This document shows, in pieces, positions 34,781 to 49,454 of a DNA stretch of 64,000 nucleotides (position 1 is the stretch's first letter; each line of letters starts with the position of its first letter). Below the pieces are notes generated by a model that was not told where the DNA came from, made no database searches, and saw only the letters and a list, made by a program, of their open reading frames with translations. A program made the translations under genes and the position numbers. This DNA comes from Azolla caroliniana (lineage: Eukaryota; Plantae; Polypodiophyta). The stretch covers positions 13,640,001 to 13,704,000 of the forward strand of contig JBHGNT010000004.1 in assembly GCA_043228905.1 (NCBI GenBank), read 5' to 3'.

Positions 34781-37700
34781 CCTCTCATAAGCCATAGCTA
34801 TGTCCGACTCAACTAGTGAGTTAAGCCAAATAATGGTAGCCTTACAACAACTACAGCTTGAAAATGAAGCTCTTCGAAATTCTTTACAAGAACTTCAAGT
34901 CGGTACCTCCCTATCCTCACAACCCCCGAACCCTAGTCTCCCACAAAAACCTAGCCTAGAACCCGATCTTCTACCAACATCTAGCCTAGCATTGTCACAG
35001 TTTCTTGAGCCTAAGGTTAGCCTCCCAGAAAAATTTGATGGAACGAGGTCGCGTTTCCGAGGGTTCATCAACCAAGTTCGACTTATCATTCGGCTACAAC
35101 CTCAACGTTATGGAGATGGTCTTCGACAAGTCGGCCTTGTGGGCACCCTTCTCTCCGGTTCGGCCCAAGCTTGGTTTGCACCATTGGTAGAAACCTCGTC
35201 ACCTCTATTGGAGGACTTTCCCGCCTTCCTCGCCGAGTTAGAGGCCACATTTGGAGAGACGGACCGACGACATACAGCTCTTAACAAGATTTATGCACTC
35301 GAACAAGGTTCGCGTGCAGCTTTGGTCTATGCTTCAGATTTTTGACAACTAGCATGCGACGTCAATTGGGATGATCAAGCTTTAGTTGATCACTTTCGGC
35401 GCGGCCTTCGAAGCAATGTCAAGCATCTTCTCTTAAACTTTCCGGAGCCCACCTCGTTATCCCAAGCGATTTCACAAGCAGTCCATTGTGACAATCGTCT
35501 TTTCGAATTTCGCCAAGAAGAGCACCGGACTTGGGTTCCACCTCATTCACTTCCACGCCACGCCCCGGTCATACAACCCTAGGCATCCTCACACTCGCCT
35601 ACTTTGGCAGATGCTCCTGTCCCCATGGAAATTGACCAAGCCCGATTTCTGCCATTGACTGATGCTGAACGACAATTTCGGCAGGCTAATGGCTTGTGCA
35701 TGTATTGTGGCGCCTCCGGTCATGTCGTTCACCATTGTCCTAGGAGTACTCACCCACAATTCCATCGAGCTAACGGACCCCAACATCCGGAAAACGACAT
35801 CGTTCGGTTGCAGTAGGAGCCATGCAACTGGACATCTCCCATCGCCCACATTCTCTTGGTTCCATTGTCGGACCATCACACAATTTCACATTGGAGGTAT
35901 GGCTTTCGTTTAAATATAGTTACATTCAGTTTGTTGCTTTACTTGATTCTGGGGCATCTTCTTGCTTCATCGACATCGCGTTTGCCCAAGCACATGGCAT
36001 ACCTGTCGTTGGCCTCTCAAAACCCATTCCAGTTGAAGCCATCGACGGGTGCGTCCTCTCCTCAGGTGCAATTACTCAAGCTACAATCCCATTAGGGCTT
36101 CGGGTAGGCTCACACCAGGAGGAGCTCGACTTTTACCTCATCGCATCTCCTCGACATCCGATCGTCTTAGGACTAACGTGGTTGGAGGCGCACAATCCAA
36201 TAGTGGATTGGTGCAACCGCTCGATCACATTTAGCAAGCCAAGATGCTCGTGCAAAAGTATGAAGGTAAATTCAATTTCCTATCCTTCGGAGACGGTCGA
36301 CTCCGAATTGACTACCCCATCATCGGTCCAAGATGGGTTTGTTTGTGGTGCCATTTCTAACACACTCCATGTTATTCCCGAAAAATACCAACACTTCTCC
36401 GACGTATTTGAAAAATGTAATGCTGATCGTTTGCCTGAACACCGGCTCTACGACTGTCCGATTGATCTTCAAGAAGGTGCGTGTCCACCCTTTGGTCCTC
36501 TATATGCGTTGTCTGCACCAGAGTTGAAGGCCCTTCATGTGTATCTCGATGAGAACCTCGAGAAAGGATTTATTCAACCTTCTAAGTCACCAGCCGGGGC
36601 CCCCATTTTATTTGTGAAGAAGAAGGATGGCTCTCTACGCTTATGCATCGACTACTGAGGTCTCAACAAACTCATTGTGCGCAACCGTTATCTGCTACCT
36701 CCGATCCCCGAACTCCTTGATCGGCTCCGAGTTGCGCGTGTCTTCTCCAAAGTTGATCTGCGTGGAGCATACAATCTAGTACGCATCAAGCCGAGGGATG
36801 AATGGAAAACCGCATTTCGAACACGGTATGGGCATTTCGAATACAAGGTAATGCCTTTTGGTCTTACTAACGCTCCCATAGTTTTTCAACATATGATGAA
36901 CGATATATTCCGGGAATATCTTGATCTTTTTGTTGTCATTTACCTCGATGATATTCTCATTTTCTCGCCAAACATGGAGGAGCACACTCACCAAGTCTGA
37001 TTAGTTCTTGCCAAACTTCGCAAGCATGGCCTTTATGCCAAAGGCGAGAAATGCGAGTTCGACTATACCTCAATCGAATTTCTGGGCTACATCATCTCGC
37101 CCACTGGCATCACCATGGATATGAAGAAGGTCTCTGTCATTCAGGCGTGGGCGACTCCATGGCGACTTAAAGATGTGCAATCCTTCCTCGGCTTCGCGAA
37201 TTTTTATCGTCGCTTCATCAAGGGGTTTTCCACCCTAGCACAACCTCTTATTGCTCTCACCCATAAAGGCACTCCATTTTTATGGACCTCGGAGGCGCAA
37301 AATGCGTTCGACTCACTCAAACACGCATTCATCACTGCCCCGGTGCTGCTACATGCCGACCCCACAAAACCCTTCCAAGTCGAAACCGATGCCTCTGACT
37401 TTGCCATTGGCGCCATCTTATCCCAGGCAGACGACAACAACCTAATGCACCCAGTGGCTTATTATTCCCGAAAATTTACAGCATCCAAAATCAATTATCC
37501 CATTTACGACAAGGAGCTTACTGCTATCATTGTTGCCTTTGAAGAATGGCAACCCTACTTGGCCGGCGCACAACATCATGTCCAGGTAGTGACTGATCAT
37601 AAAAATTTAGTTTATTTTTCCACCACTTGTACTTTGAATTGAAGGCAGGCCCGTTGGTCGACATTTCTCGCCGACTACGATTTTGAGATCGTATTTCAAC

Positions 37701-39658
37701 CTGGTGGCCAACATGGGAAGGCTGATGCCCTTTCTCGCCGAGCTGACCTTGCACTCCGCCCTGGGGATGCTACTTATGCTCAACAATCTAGATGTTTGTT
37801 GAAACCCGACCAATTGCATCTTTTTGCCAATTGTATGTTGCAGGATGATTCTTTACTCCAACAAATCACTGATGCATCCAAGACCGATGCATTCGCCAAT
37901 GAGATTCGAGATAGTCTGCAAAACCCCTCCAAGGCGACCAAAAGGAAGGATCTTGACACCTTCACCATACAAGAGGGTTTGTTGTTCCAAGATCATCTCT
38001 TATATGTCCCAAAGGGCCCATGTCGCACCCGGGTGTTGCGGGAATGCCACGATGACCCACTTGCAGGTCATTTCGGGGTCGCGAAAACCCTCGAGCTAAT
38101 CTCTCGGGGGTATTGGTGGCCACAACCATGGAAGTTGGTCAAAGAATACATAAAGAGTTGTGAGGTTTGTGCTCGCTCCAAAGCCATTCATCATCGGCCA
38201 TACGGCTTACTACAGCCGCTTCCATGTCCTCGTCGTCCATGGGCCTCTATCTCTATGGACCTGATAACTGATCTACCCTTGGTCAATGGCTATAACTCAG
38301 TGTTGGTCGTTGTCGATCGGTTTACCAAGATGGCTCACTTCACTCCATGCTCCAAAACCATTTCCGAAGAAGGAATGGTGCATCTACTACTCAACAATGT
38401 GGTATGCTTGCATGGACTCCCCAATGATGTCATCTCGGATCGCGGACCCCAGTTTGTCTCTCACTTCTGGCAGCGCCTACTACAAACTTTAGGCATCTCT
38501 GTCAAGTTGTCCTCCGCTTATCACCCCCAAACTGACGGGCAAACAGAGCGTGTCAACCAAATCCTTGAGCAGTATCTTCGGTGCTCGGTTAGTTACCAAC
38601 AAGATGATTGGGTCAACTTACTTTCGCTCGCGGAATTCGCCTACAATAATTCTCTCCATGCATCGACTGGCGTCACTCCCTTCTTTGCCAACTATGGTTT
38701 ACATCCTCGCTTCAACATTTCCCTTCCTACCACTTCCGTGAACCCTTCGGCGGAGGATCACGCCCACATTTTGGAAGAACTACATCATGATTTATCCTTG
38801 GAGCTTAGTCTTGCTAGTGAACGATACAACTCCACACTTTGTCGTTGGAGACATGGTCTGGTTGTTACGTCGACACATCTCTACTACTCGTCCATGTGCG
38901 AAACTTGATTACAAGAAGTTGGGACCATTCCGTATCATCGAGTGCATCAATCCCGTCGCCTTCCGGCTCGCCCTTCCATCCCACTTCCGGATTCACGATG
39001 TTTTTCATGTCTCCCTCCTCGAACCCCATTATGCTTCACTACTCCTAGGACGTCAAGCCCCACCACCACCACCTGTGCAATTGACGATAGGGGAGGAATA
39101 CGAGGTCGACCAAATCCTTGACTCGCGTTGGCACCGTCGACACTTGCAATACCTCGTCCTATGGAGGGGTTACCCCATGTCTAAGGCCACGTGAGAAGCA
39201 TCGGCAAATTTACAAAATGCCCCAGAGGTCGTCCAAGATTTTCATCACCGATATCCCCACAAACCAGCGGCCGATTTGGGAAGGCGGCGTAGGAGGGGGG
39301 ATAATGTTAAGATTCGAACTCTTGACATGACCATGTTATAATCTAGTATTATGAGTTAACCAAGATATCTAGTACATAGTTATGTATGTAATTGGTCCTT
39401 ATTATTTTGCTAGCATCATGTGCATAGTTGCTCCCTTGTAGTATTTACACTTGGCACATGCATGCATACCTTCATGCTCTATTGTAGATTCACATGCGTG
39501 CAACAAGTATGCATGCCATGTAGTATAAATAGAGGAGTTCACCTTGAAGGAATTCAAGGTGAACAACACCAGTTATGGAGTCTTTCCTTTAATACTATCT
39601 TCATTCTTGTCCATTTGGTTATCTTCTTGCTTGTCTCTTGAACTTATGATCCATGACA
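34781..39658 (+). mobile_element. Ty3/gypsy chromovirus D (Tcn1/Tf1-like); 5' LTR deleted; 3' LTR 39305-39658
   Basis: Gag (PEKFDG, VPMEID, CMYCGASGHVVHHC), [34 protein letters not shown], and chromodomain EEYEVDQILDSR...QYLVLWRGY. PPT AGGAGGGGGG precedes 39305; the LTR reads TGTTA...TGACA. Confidence 0.9.
34800..39270 (+). pseudogene. chromovirus D gag-pol with stops
   Basis: Collinear ORFs 34800-35345, 35604-35816, 35822-36658, 36677-37000, 37115-37642, 37796-38908 and 38787-39194. Confidence 0.9.
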
Positions 39659-42600
39659 TTTGTTAGGAAACAGGTCCCTCTAGATGGGAAGTGAGAAGAA
39701 CAATGTTGATGAGCAACTCGGCTGAGGCCGAATCCGGATGTGGAGTACCCGGCAACGGAAGACCCGGTGAGAACCGGATGTTGCAGGCCCGGTGAGAACC
39801 TCTCATCGGATGGAAGGGACATATATGTAAATATGTTCCAGAGAGCCCACTGGGGCTATATTTGTAAATAGCCTGAAAGTCATATTAGTATAAATATGAC
39901 TTAGGGCAAACTTAATAGTGATGATGATAGAGTTATTCGTGTAACTCCTGTACAGTGCGTAAGAGAGAGAGAGAGAGAGCGACATACAAAGATTGTGTCT
40001 CTGTTGTAACCGCCGTGAGGCGAAGATTGTGAGCAAGAGGTCGTTGCCTCTATGCTCCCTATTGTATTACTTTACATAGTGATAGTTTGGAGTCTGTGGA
40101 CTCCCGTGGTTTTTCCCTCTCAGGGTTTTCCATGTTAATATCCTATGTATCCTCTTTTGATTGTTCGTGCACTTACCTCCATTCCCATTTCTTCTGTGTT
40201 CGATTGTATAAAGTGATTTACCCTTCTGTTGTTGCCGGAGATTATTCCGTGTCTTCCTCGACAGAGTGGTATCAGAGCGAAACGACACAGAAATATGGAC
40301 GATTCGTTGGGAGGCATGTTCAAGCTCACCGGCTCCAACTATTCAGCGTGGAAGTAAAAAATGAGGGACATGCTCGTGGTTAAAGATCTTTGGTTGCCGG
40401 TTTAGTTCGGGGACAAGAGAACGGACAAAATCGATGCCACGATATGGGAGGTGATGCACATGAAGACAACGACGTACATACAGTGCTTCATTGACATGAG
40501 TCTATACAACAACTTCAATGAAGAGAGCAAGGCTCATGAGCTCTGGGAGAAGATCGGCATTATGTTTCAAAACAAAAATGTTGTTAATCAGGTTTCGATA
40601 TTTCGGAAGCTAGTAAGACTCTGGTACCAAGATGACTCTAGCATGGCGGAGCACATGAATGCTTTCCAGGCGCCGATCCACCAGGCAACATCATTAGAAG
40701 TACCTCTCGCCGATGAGGTACTAGCACTACTCCTGCTCGGTTCCCTCCCAGATAGCTGGGAGACGTTGGTTCTCACTTTGGGCAACGTCGGGCCGGAAGG
40801 GAAACGGTTATCCTTAGCAAGAGTGAAGTCGAGCTTGCTAGATGAGGAGGCGCGTCGGAAAGATAAGGATACAAGCTCCGATTCCAAAGCGCTCCTTACC
40901 GAATCGGAACGCGGAAGACAAAGGAACTGTAGTCCCCAGAACCGGGAGAAGTTGAGGACACGGTCGAAGTCAAGGGGGAGGCCTACTTGCTTCTATTGCG
41001 GCAAGCCAGGACACTTCCAGAAGAACTGTCGGCACTTCCAAAAAGACAAGGAAACCGACGGTACCGATTCGAAGTGGACACTAGACCGAAACGGTAAAGA
41101 CCGGAGGGGGCCGGACCGGAGGGGAACGACGGCAATCGCAGCAAGTGAAGAAGAGTTGATGCTCATCACCGAGGAGAGTGAGCTAAACCTTGCCGACGAC
41201 GAGATGACCTGGGTAGTTGATTCCAGATCGTCGTTCCACCTTACCCCGGACCGTAAATACTTCTCATCCTACACAGCTGGTGATCACGGTTGTGTCCAGA
41301 TGGGGAATGAAGGTACATGCCGAATTGTCAGCATAGGAGACGTGTGGTTGACAACCCCAACCGGATGCAAGCTGTTGCTGAAGGATGTCTGACACGTTCT
41401 GGAGGTTTGACTGAACCTGATATCAGCCGGTCGGCTAGATGATGAAGGCTACACGGGTAGCATCCGGAACGGAGTCATGAAATTCAGGAAAGGGAGCCTG
41501 ATTGTGGCTCGGGCCCGGAAGGTCAACACGTTGTACCTGATGAATGCCCGGTTATGCCCGGAAGAAGTGAACGTGGCATCCGACACTGCCGGTGAGTTGT
41601 GGCACAAGAGGCTGTGTCACATGAGCGAGAAGGGGATGAAGAGGCTTGCAGACGACAACCTCATTCCAGTTAAGAACGTGCACTTGGAGAAGTGCACTGA
41701 TTATCTGGCCGGTAAACAAAACCGGACCTCCTTCCGATCAAGGCCATTGATGAGACGTAATGCACCACTGGAGTTGGTGCATACCAATGTGTGTCAAGTG
41801 GACACGAAGTCACATGCCGGATCGCAGTACTTCGTGATGTTCATAGATGACCACAGCCGGAAGTTGTGGGCCACACCATTGAAGACGAAGGATCAGGTGC
41901 TATCCGTCTTCAAAGAACTCCACACGAGAGTGGAAAGAGAAACCGGCCGGAAGCTGAAGGCGGTTCGAGCAGATAACGGAGGTGAATATCGGGGGCAGTT
42001 CGAGGAGTACTGTCGCTCGAAGGGAATCCGGCTCGAATTTATCGTGCTGAAGACACCGGAACTAAACGGGCTGGTCGAGAGGATGAACCGGACCATAATG
42101 GAGAGGGTTTGGAGTATGTTGGCGCATGCAAAACTACCCAAGAAGTTTTGGGCTGAGGCACTGTCGACGTCGACATATGTGATAAACAGATCACCCTCAG
42201 TACCCTTGGACGGAGACACGCCACAGAGAGTCTGGACCAGTAAGGAAGTGTCCTACCGGCATCTGAAGGTATTGTGTCTTACGTATGTGCATATAGCTAA
42301 GGACTGGAGAGGAAAACTAGATCCGAAGACCCGACCATGCATATTCCTCGGTTACAGCGAGGATGAGTTCGGCTACCGAGTGTGGGACCTGATTGACAAG
42401 AAGGTATTCCGGAGTCGAGATATTATCTTCATGGAGGACAAGTCGCTCGCCGACTGGGAGTCGGAGAAGAAGATAATGAACTCCGAGTCGACCGGTAAGG
42501 ATCGATTCTATGATGAGTAGACCCAAATGGCAAGAGACCGGTTAGCACTCGATGAACCGGCCGGTGACAGTAAGGAGACAAGACAGGCCGAAGAAGAAGG

Positions 42601-43786
42601 AATAGGTGAAACCGAAACCGGACAAGACCCTGAATCGGATTTGGATGAAGAGCAAATAGTGGAGCCGGTTGCAGAAGGCCAAAGACGGAGATATCCTCTC
42701 AGAGAGAGAAAGGCCCCCCGGAGATTTCCGGATGTAGAGCATGTGCTGCTGACCGATGAGGGGGAGCCAGAAAGCTTCGTGGAAGCTAAAAGTGATGCCC
42801 ATAGCCGCAAATGGTTAAGTGCCATGCAGGATGAGATGGATTCCTTGCATGAGAATCATACGTACAAATTGGTGGAGTTGTCGAAAGGAAAGCGGGCACT
42901 TCGAAACAAGTGAGTGTACAAGTTGAAACTGGGAGATGCCGGCAACCCCCCGAGATACAAAGCCAGGATTGTGGTGAAGGGGTTCCAACAGAAGAAGGGC
43001 ATGGACTTCGACGAGATATTTGCCCCGGTAGTAAAGATGACCTCCATCCAGACGATGCTGATTATAGCGGCAAACATGAACCTCGAGGTAGAGCAGCTGG
43101 ACGTGAAGACGACATTCCTTCACAGTGACCTCGAAGAGGAGATCTACATGCAGCAACCGGAAGGATTCGTGGAGAAAGGGAAGGACCACCTAGTTTGCCG
43201 GTTGAAGAAGAGCTTGTACGGAATGAAGCAGGCTCCCCGACAATGGTACTGGAAGTTTGACTCCTTCATGAACGATCAAGGGTACCACAAGACGCAGGCC
43301 GATCACTGCGTGTTTGTGAAGAAGTTCGAAGGAGGCGACTTCCTGATACTCCTTCTGTACGTGGACGACATATTGATCGTCGGACGGGACCAAGCCAAAA
43401 TACGGATGCTGACGAAGGCTCTCAACCGGACCTTCTCAATGAAAGACTTGGGTCCGGCAAGATAGATGCTGGGGATGCATATTATTCGGACCGGTCAATG
43501 AAGCAATCGTGGCTGTCACATGAGAAGTACGTGACAAAGGTGCTTCAACGTTTCAACATGTCAGATGCGAAACCGGTCGGATCGACACTTCTGACAAACT
43601 GCAGGTTATCCGGTAAGCAAAGCTCGAAGAAGAAAGCAAAGAAGGCGGATATGATGAAGGTTCCATATGCCTCTACCGTCGGGAGCTTAATGTACGCAAT
43701 GGTGTGTACTCGACCGGATATTGGATACACAGTCGGAGTGGTGAGCCGGTTCATGAGCAATCCCGGCAAGAAGCCGTGGAACGCGG

Positions 43787-46700
43787 TGTAGAGAAATCGA
43801 CGCTCCGATTAACCTTCACTACTCGGCCACAACCGAGTAAGCACGAATCAATGCAGCAGAAAATAGGAACCACAGAGAAAGAACACGAATACACAGGGAT
43901 TAACGTGGAAAACCCTAGACGGGAAAAACCACGGGAGTACAAGACTCCAACCAAAACTATGCACAGAGAAATATACAATGGCGAGCTGCAAGGCGACGAC
44001 CTTGAGCTCGTTGTCCTCGCCACAGGCGGCGGAAATACACAGAGGCGTCGACCTCCTCCTCTCTCACGCTCTATCTCTCTCACGGCTGCTCTCTCTTCAC
44101 TCCTCTTGAGTGGAAAAACAGAAAAATGAGTAGCAACATAAAACTGTTTGCCCTAAGTCATATTTATACACATATGACTTTGGGGCTATTTACAACTATA
44201 GCCTCAAGGGCCCTTGGCAAACATATTGACAGATATGTCCCCGCATCCGGATCTCGCTCCGGGTACATTCGTCATCCGGCTCCGAAGCCGGGGTCTTCAT
44301 CATCCGGTTCTGAAACCGAAACCGGGCTTGTCGGCATTCATCTCCGATATCCGACCATCCCATCCGAAAGGGACAGTAATCCCAACAAACTCCCCCTTCA
44401 CTTCGGCATGGGATGTCTCTCCAATCCGATCCTCTTCCGGCATGCTTCCAGCTTGTCGGGTGTGAGCACCTTGGTTAGCATATCCGACCCGTTCTCGTCC
44501 GTGTGGACCTTCGTCAGCACGAACTCCTTGTCTTCTATCCTTTCCCGGATCCAGTGATATCTTCGCTGGATGTGCTTCGTCCGGGAGTGATAGGCCGCGT
44601 TCTTCGCAAGGTGGATTGCACTCTGACTGTCGCAGTAGAGTCGGTACTCCTCCTGTCAGATACCGAGCTCTCTAATGAAGTCCTTCATCCATATTATTTC
44701 CTTGCCGGCTTCAACAGCCGCCATGTACTCCGCCTCCGTGGTTGACAACGCAACCGTCTTCTGCAGCCTCGACTGCCATGAAACAGGTCCCCCTGCATAC
44801 GTCATCACATACCCTGATGTGGACCGGCTGGTATCTGCATCAGCCGACATATCCGAATCGGTGAAGCCGTCGAGTTCGGGCTTACCGGAGCCGAATCGGA
44901 GGCACACGTTTGCCGTGCCCTTCAGGTATCGGAGTATCCACTTGGCCGCGTTCCAATGCTCTTTGCCGGGATTGCTCATGTACCGGCTCACCACTCCGAC
45001 TGCATATCCTATGTCCGGTCTCGTACACACCATGGCGTACATCAAGCTCCCGACGGCTGAGGCATACGGCACTTTCATCATATCCTCCTTTTCAGCCTTT
45101 CTCTTGGGACTTTGCTTGTTGGACAGCTTGCAGTTTGCCGGGAGGGTCGATCCGACCGGCCTTGCTTCCGACATGTTGAACCCTTTGTCACGTACTTCTC
45201 CTGTGACAGCCACAACTGCTTCTTGCTCCGGTCCCGGATGATGTGCATCCCTAGTATTTGTCTCGCCGGACCCAAGTCCTTCATTGAGAAGGTTCGGTTA
45301 AGAGCCTTCTTCAGCATCCGTATCTTGACCTGGTCCCGTCCGACGATCAACATGTCGTCCACGTACAGGAGGAGTATTAGAAGGTCTCCTCCTTCGAACT
45401 TCTTCACAAACACGCAGTGGTCGGACTGCGTTTTGAGGTACCCTTCGTCGGTCATGAAGGAGTCGAACTTCCGGTACCATTGCCGGGGAGCCTGTTTCAG
45501 TCCGTAAAGGCTCTTCTTCAACCGGCATACCAGGTGCTCCTTCCCTTTCTTCTCGAATCCTTCCGGTTGCTGCATGTAGATCTCTTCTTCGAGGTCACCG
45601 TGAAGGAATGCCGTCTTCACGTCCATCTGTTCTACCTCGAGGTCCATGCTTGCCGCTATGCTCAGCACCGTCCGGATGGAGGTCATCTTCACTACCGGGG
45701 CAAATATCTCGTCGAAGTCGACGCCCTTCTTTTGCTGAAACCCCTTCACCACGATCCTGGCTTTGTATCTCGGGGGGTTTCCGGCATCTCCCGGTTTCAG
45801 CTTGAACACCCACTTGTTTCGAAGTGCCCGCTTTCCTTTCGGCAACTCCACAAGTTCATATGTGTGGTTCTCATGCAGGGAATCCATCTCGTCCTGCATG
45901 GCACTCAACCACCTGCGGCTCTGGGTGTCATGCTTTGCTTCTTCAAAGCTCTCCGGCTCCCCCTCGTTGGTTAGCAACAGGTGCTCTGGTTCCGGAAATC
46001 TCCGGGGGGCCCTTCTCTCTCTTAGAGGATATCTCCGTTCCGGAGCTTCGGTAACCGGTTCTTCCGATTCTTCTTCATCCGAATCCATTTCGGGATCGGG
46101 GCCGGTTCTGGTATCATTTTCATCTTCTTCGGCCGGTTCTGTTTCTTCACCGTCTTCGGCCGGATCCTCGAGTGCTAACCGGTCCCTGCCGGTCGGGACT
46201 GCTCCTCGTGGAGTTGATCCTCACCGGTCGACTTGGAGCTCTTCATCTTCTTCTCCAACTCCCAGTCGGCGAGTGTCTTGTTCTCCATGAAGATGATATC
46301 TCGACTCCTGAATATCTTCTTGTCGACCGGGTCCCATACTCGGTAGCCGAACTCGTCGTCGCCGTAACCGAGGAATATGCATGGCCGGGTCTTTGGATCT
46401 AGCTTTCCTCTCCGGTCCTTTGCCACATGCACGTATGCGAGACACCCGAACACCTTCAGATGCCGGTAGAATACTTCCCTACCGGTCCACACTCTCTGCG
46501 GCGTGTCTCCGTCCAAAGGTACTGAGGGTGATCGGTTTATCACATATGTCGCCGTTGACATTGCCTCAGCCCAAAACCCCTTGGGTAATTTCGCATGCGC
46601 CAGCATACTCCGGACCCTCTCCATTATGGTTCGGTTCATCCTCTCGGCCAGCCCGTTCAGTTCCGACGTCTTCGGCACAGTAAACTCGAGCCGGATTCCT

Positions 46701-49089
46701 TCGAGCGACAGTACTCCTGGAACTGTCCCCGGTATTCCCCTCCGTTATCCGCTCGTATCGCTTTCAGCTTCTTGCCGGATTCTCTTTCCACTCTCGCGTG
46801 GAGTTCTTTGAAGACGGACAACACTTGGTCCTTTGTCTTCATCGGTGCCGTCCACAGTCTTCGGCTATGATCATCTATGAATGTTACGAAGTACTGGGCT
46901 CCGCCATGTGACTTCGTTTCTACCTGACACACATCGGTGTGCACCAACTCCAATGGTGCGCTACGTCTCGTCGGTGGCCTTGAGTGGAAGGAGGTTCGAT
47001 TCTGCTTACCGGCCAGGCAATCGGTGCACTTCTCCAGGTGCACATGCTTCACTGGAATAAGGTTGTCTTCTGCAAGCCTCTTCATCCCCTTCTCACTCAT
47101 GTGGCACAGTCTTTTGTGCCACAGCTCACCGGCAGTGTCGGCTGCCACATTCAGCTCTTCCGGACATAACCGGGCATTCATCAGGTACAGTGTGTTGATC
47201 TTCCGGGCCCGAGCCACTATCAGGCTCCCCTTGCTGAACTTCATTACGCCGTTCCGGATGCTACCTGTGTAGCCTTCATCGTCTAGCCTCCCGGCCGAAA
47301 TCAGGTTCAATCGAACCTCCGGAACGTGTCGGACATCCTTCAGCAGCATTTTACATCCGGTCGAGGTTGTCAACCACACGTCTCCTATGCCGGCGATCCG
47401 GCACGTACCTTCATTTCCCATCCGAACACAGCCATGCTCACCGGCTGTGTAGGATGAGAAGTATCTTCTTTCCGGGGTCAGGTGGAACGACGCTCCGGAA
47501 TCGACCACCCAGGTCGTCTCATCGCCGGCAATGTTTAGCTCACCTTCTTCGGTGATGAGCATGATTTCTTCCTCACTTGCCGCGAGTGCCGTCGTTCCTT
47601 TCCTGTCCTGCCCTCGCCGATCCGAACCATTCCGGTCCGTGGCTCCCCGGTAAGCCCCGTTTCGTTCCGAAGACTTCTTCGAATCGGTGTCGTCGGCTCC
47701 GTTGTCTTTTCTGTAATGCCGACAATTCTTTCGGAAGTGCCCCGGCTTCCCACAGTGGAAGCATGTGGGTCTTCCTCTTGACTGCGACCGGGTCCCCGAC
47801 TTCTCCCGTCTTTGCGGACTCCGGTTCCGTTGTCTTCCCCGATCCGATTCGGTAAACAACATCTTCGGATCGGAGGCCGGTTCTTTATCTCTCCGACGCG
47901 CTTCTTCGTTCAAAATACTTGTCTTTACCGTTTGTAGGGACAAGTTATCTTCGGTGCAGGAGGTGCTGAGAGTCACCACCAAGTTCTCCCAGCTTTCGGG
48001 CAATGTGCACATCAGGATGATGGCTTGCATTGCATCCTCCAACGGGAACTTGATCGCCGCAAGCTGGTTCACGAATCCCATGAACGTGCTTACGTGTTCC
48101 ACCATACTCTCGCCGTCCCGGTACTTGAGGTTCACTATCTTCCTCATCAGGGAGGTCCGGTTCAACGCATTCTTCCTCTCGTAGAGGCCCGACAGCTTCC
48201 GCCACATCTCATATGCGTTGGTGTCGTTCGCCACATGTTGTAGAACGCTCACGTCTACGTATTGCCGAATGGTTGCAACGGCTTTCCGGTTCAGAAGCCT
48301 CCATTCCGACTCCAGTACCCCCTTCGGTATTTCCGACCTGTCGATCGGTTCGTACAGGTCCCGAACAATCAGAAGATCCTCCATCTTGATCTTCCAGTCG
48401 GCGTAATTCTGCGCATTCAGCACCATCATCCCCGGCTGCCCGCTGCCGCCGCCTTCCATTTTCTGCAGCAGTCGCTCTGATACCAGTTTGTAGAGAAATC
48501 GACGCTCCGATTAACCTTCACTACTCGGCCACAACCGAGTAAGCACGAATCAATGCAGCAGAAAATAGGAACCACAGAGAAAGAACACGAATACACAGGG
48601 ATTAACGTGGAAAACCCTAGACGGGAAAAACCACGGGAGTACAAGACTCCAACCAAAACTATGCACAGAGAAATATACAATGGCGAGCTGCAAGGCGACG
48701 ACCTTGAGCTCGTTGTCCTCGCCACAGGCGGCGGAAATACACAGAGGCGTCGACCTCCTCCTCTCTCACGCTCTATCTCTCTCACGGCTGCTCTCTCTTC
48801 ACTCCTCTTGAGTGGAAAAACAGAAAAATGAGTAGCAACATAAAACTGTTTGCCCTAAGTCATATTTATACACATATGACTTTGGGGCTATTTACAACTA
48901 TAGCCTCAAGGGCCCTTGGCAAACATATTCACAGATATGTCCCCGCATCCGGATCTCGCTCCGGGTACATTCGTCATCCAGCTCCGAAGCCGGGGTCTTC
49001 ATCATCCAGTTCCGAAACCGAAACCGGGCTTGTCGGCATTCATCTCCGATATCCGACCATCCCATCCGAAAGGGACAGTAATCCCAACA
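43787..49089 (-). mobile_element. Ty1/copia E, young (601-bp LTRs 43787-44387 and 48489-49089)
   Basis: TSD CGCGG at 43782-43786 and 49090-49094. I count 4 substitutions between the LTRs. PBS (iMet) at 48474-48485; PPT at 44388-44400. Confidence 0.96.
44398..48459 (-). pseudogene. copia E gag-pol with a few frameshifts
   Basis: 600-aa gag-PR-IN ORF 48459-46657, then 46678-46175, 46088-45078 and 45213-44656. Frameshifts near 46700, 46200 and 45180. Confidence 0.92.
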
Positions 49090-49454
49090 CGCGGTCAAAT
49101 GGATACTCCGGTACTTGAAGGGCACTTTGAATTTTCAACTTGACGGTTTTACCGATTCGGACATGTCGGCTGATGTGGATACCAGCCGGTCTACATTCGG
49201 GTATGTAATGACATATGCAGGGGGAGCTGTTTCGTGGTAGTCGAGGCTGCAGAAGACAGTTGCATTGTCGTGCCTTTCGGCTCCGGATCGTTTCGTGAGT
49301 CGGGTGGGAACCACTAGGGTTTTGGACTAGGAGGAAAGAAAATTCTAAGGCAATTAAGAATGTGAAATATATTGTAAGAAAGAAAGATATGAAAAACTCG
49401 TGAATCCCACGAGTATAGTGTATTAGTGAGTACTCAAATTGAGAGAGAAAAATA

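Noticed and set aside
35789-35800. Possible -1 frameshift GGAAAAC at the chromovirus D gag/pol junction
   Set aside because: The frame is compatible but the heptamer is non-canonical, no second copy is available for comparison, and it is expected for the lineage.
44675-48480. Many 100-190 aa ORFs antisense to copia pol (also in C, F, G, H)
   Set aside because: These are shadow ORFs of GC-rich coding sequence with no recognisable motifs.
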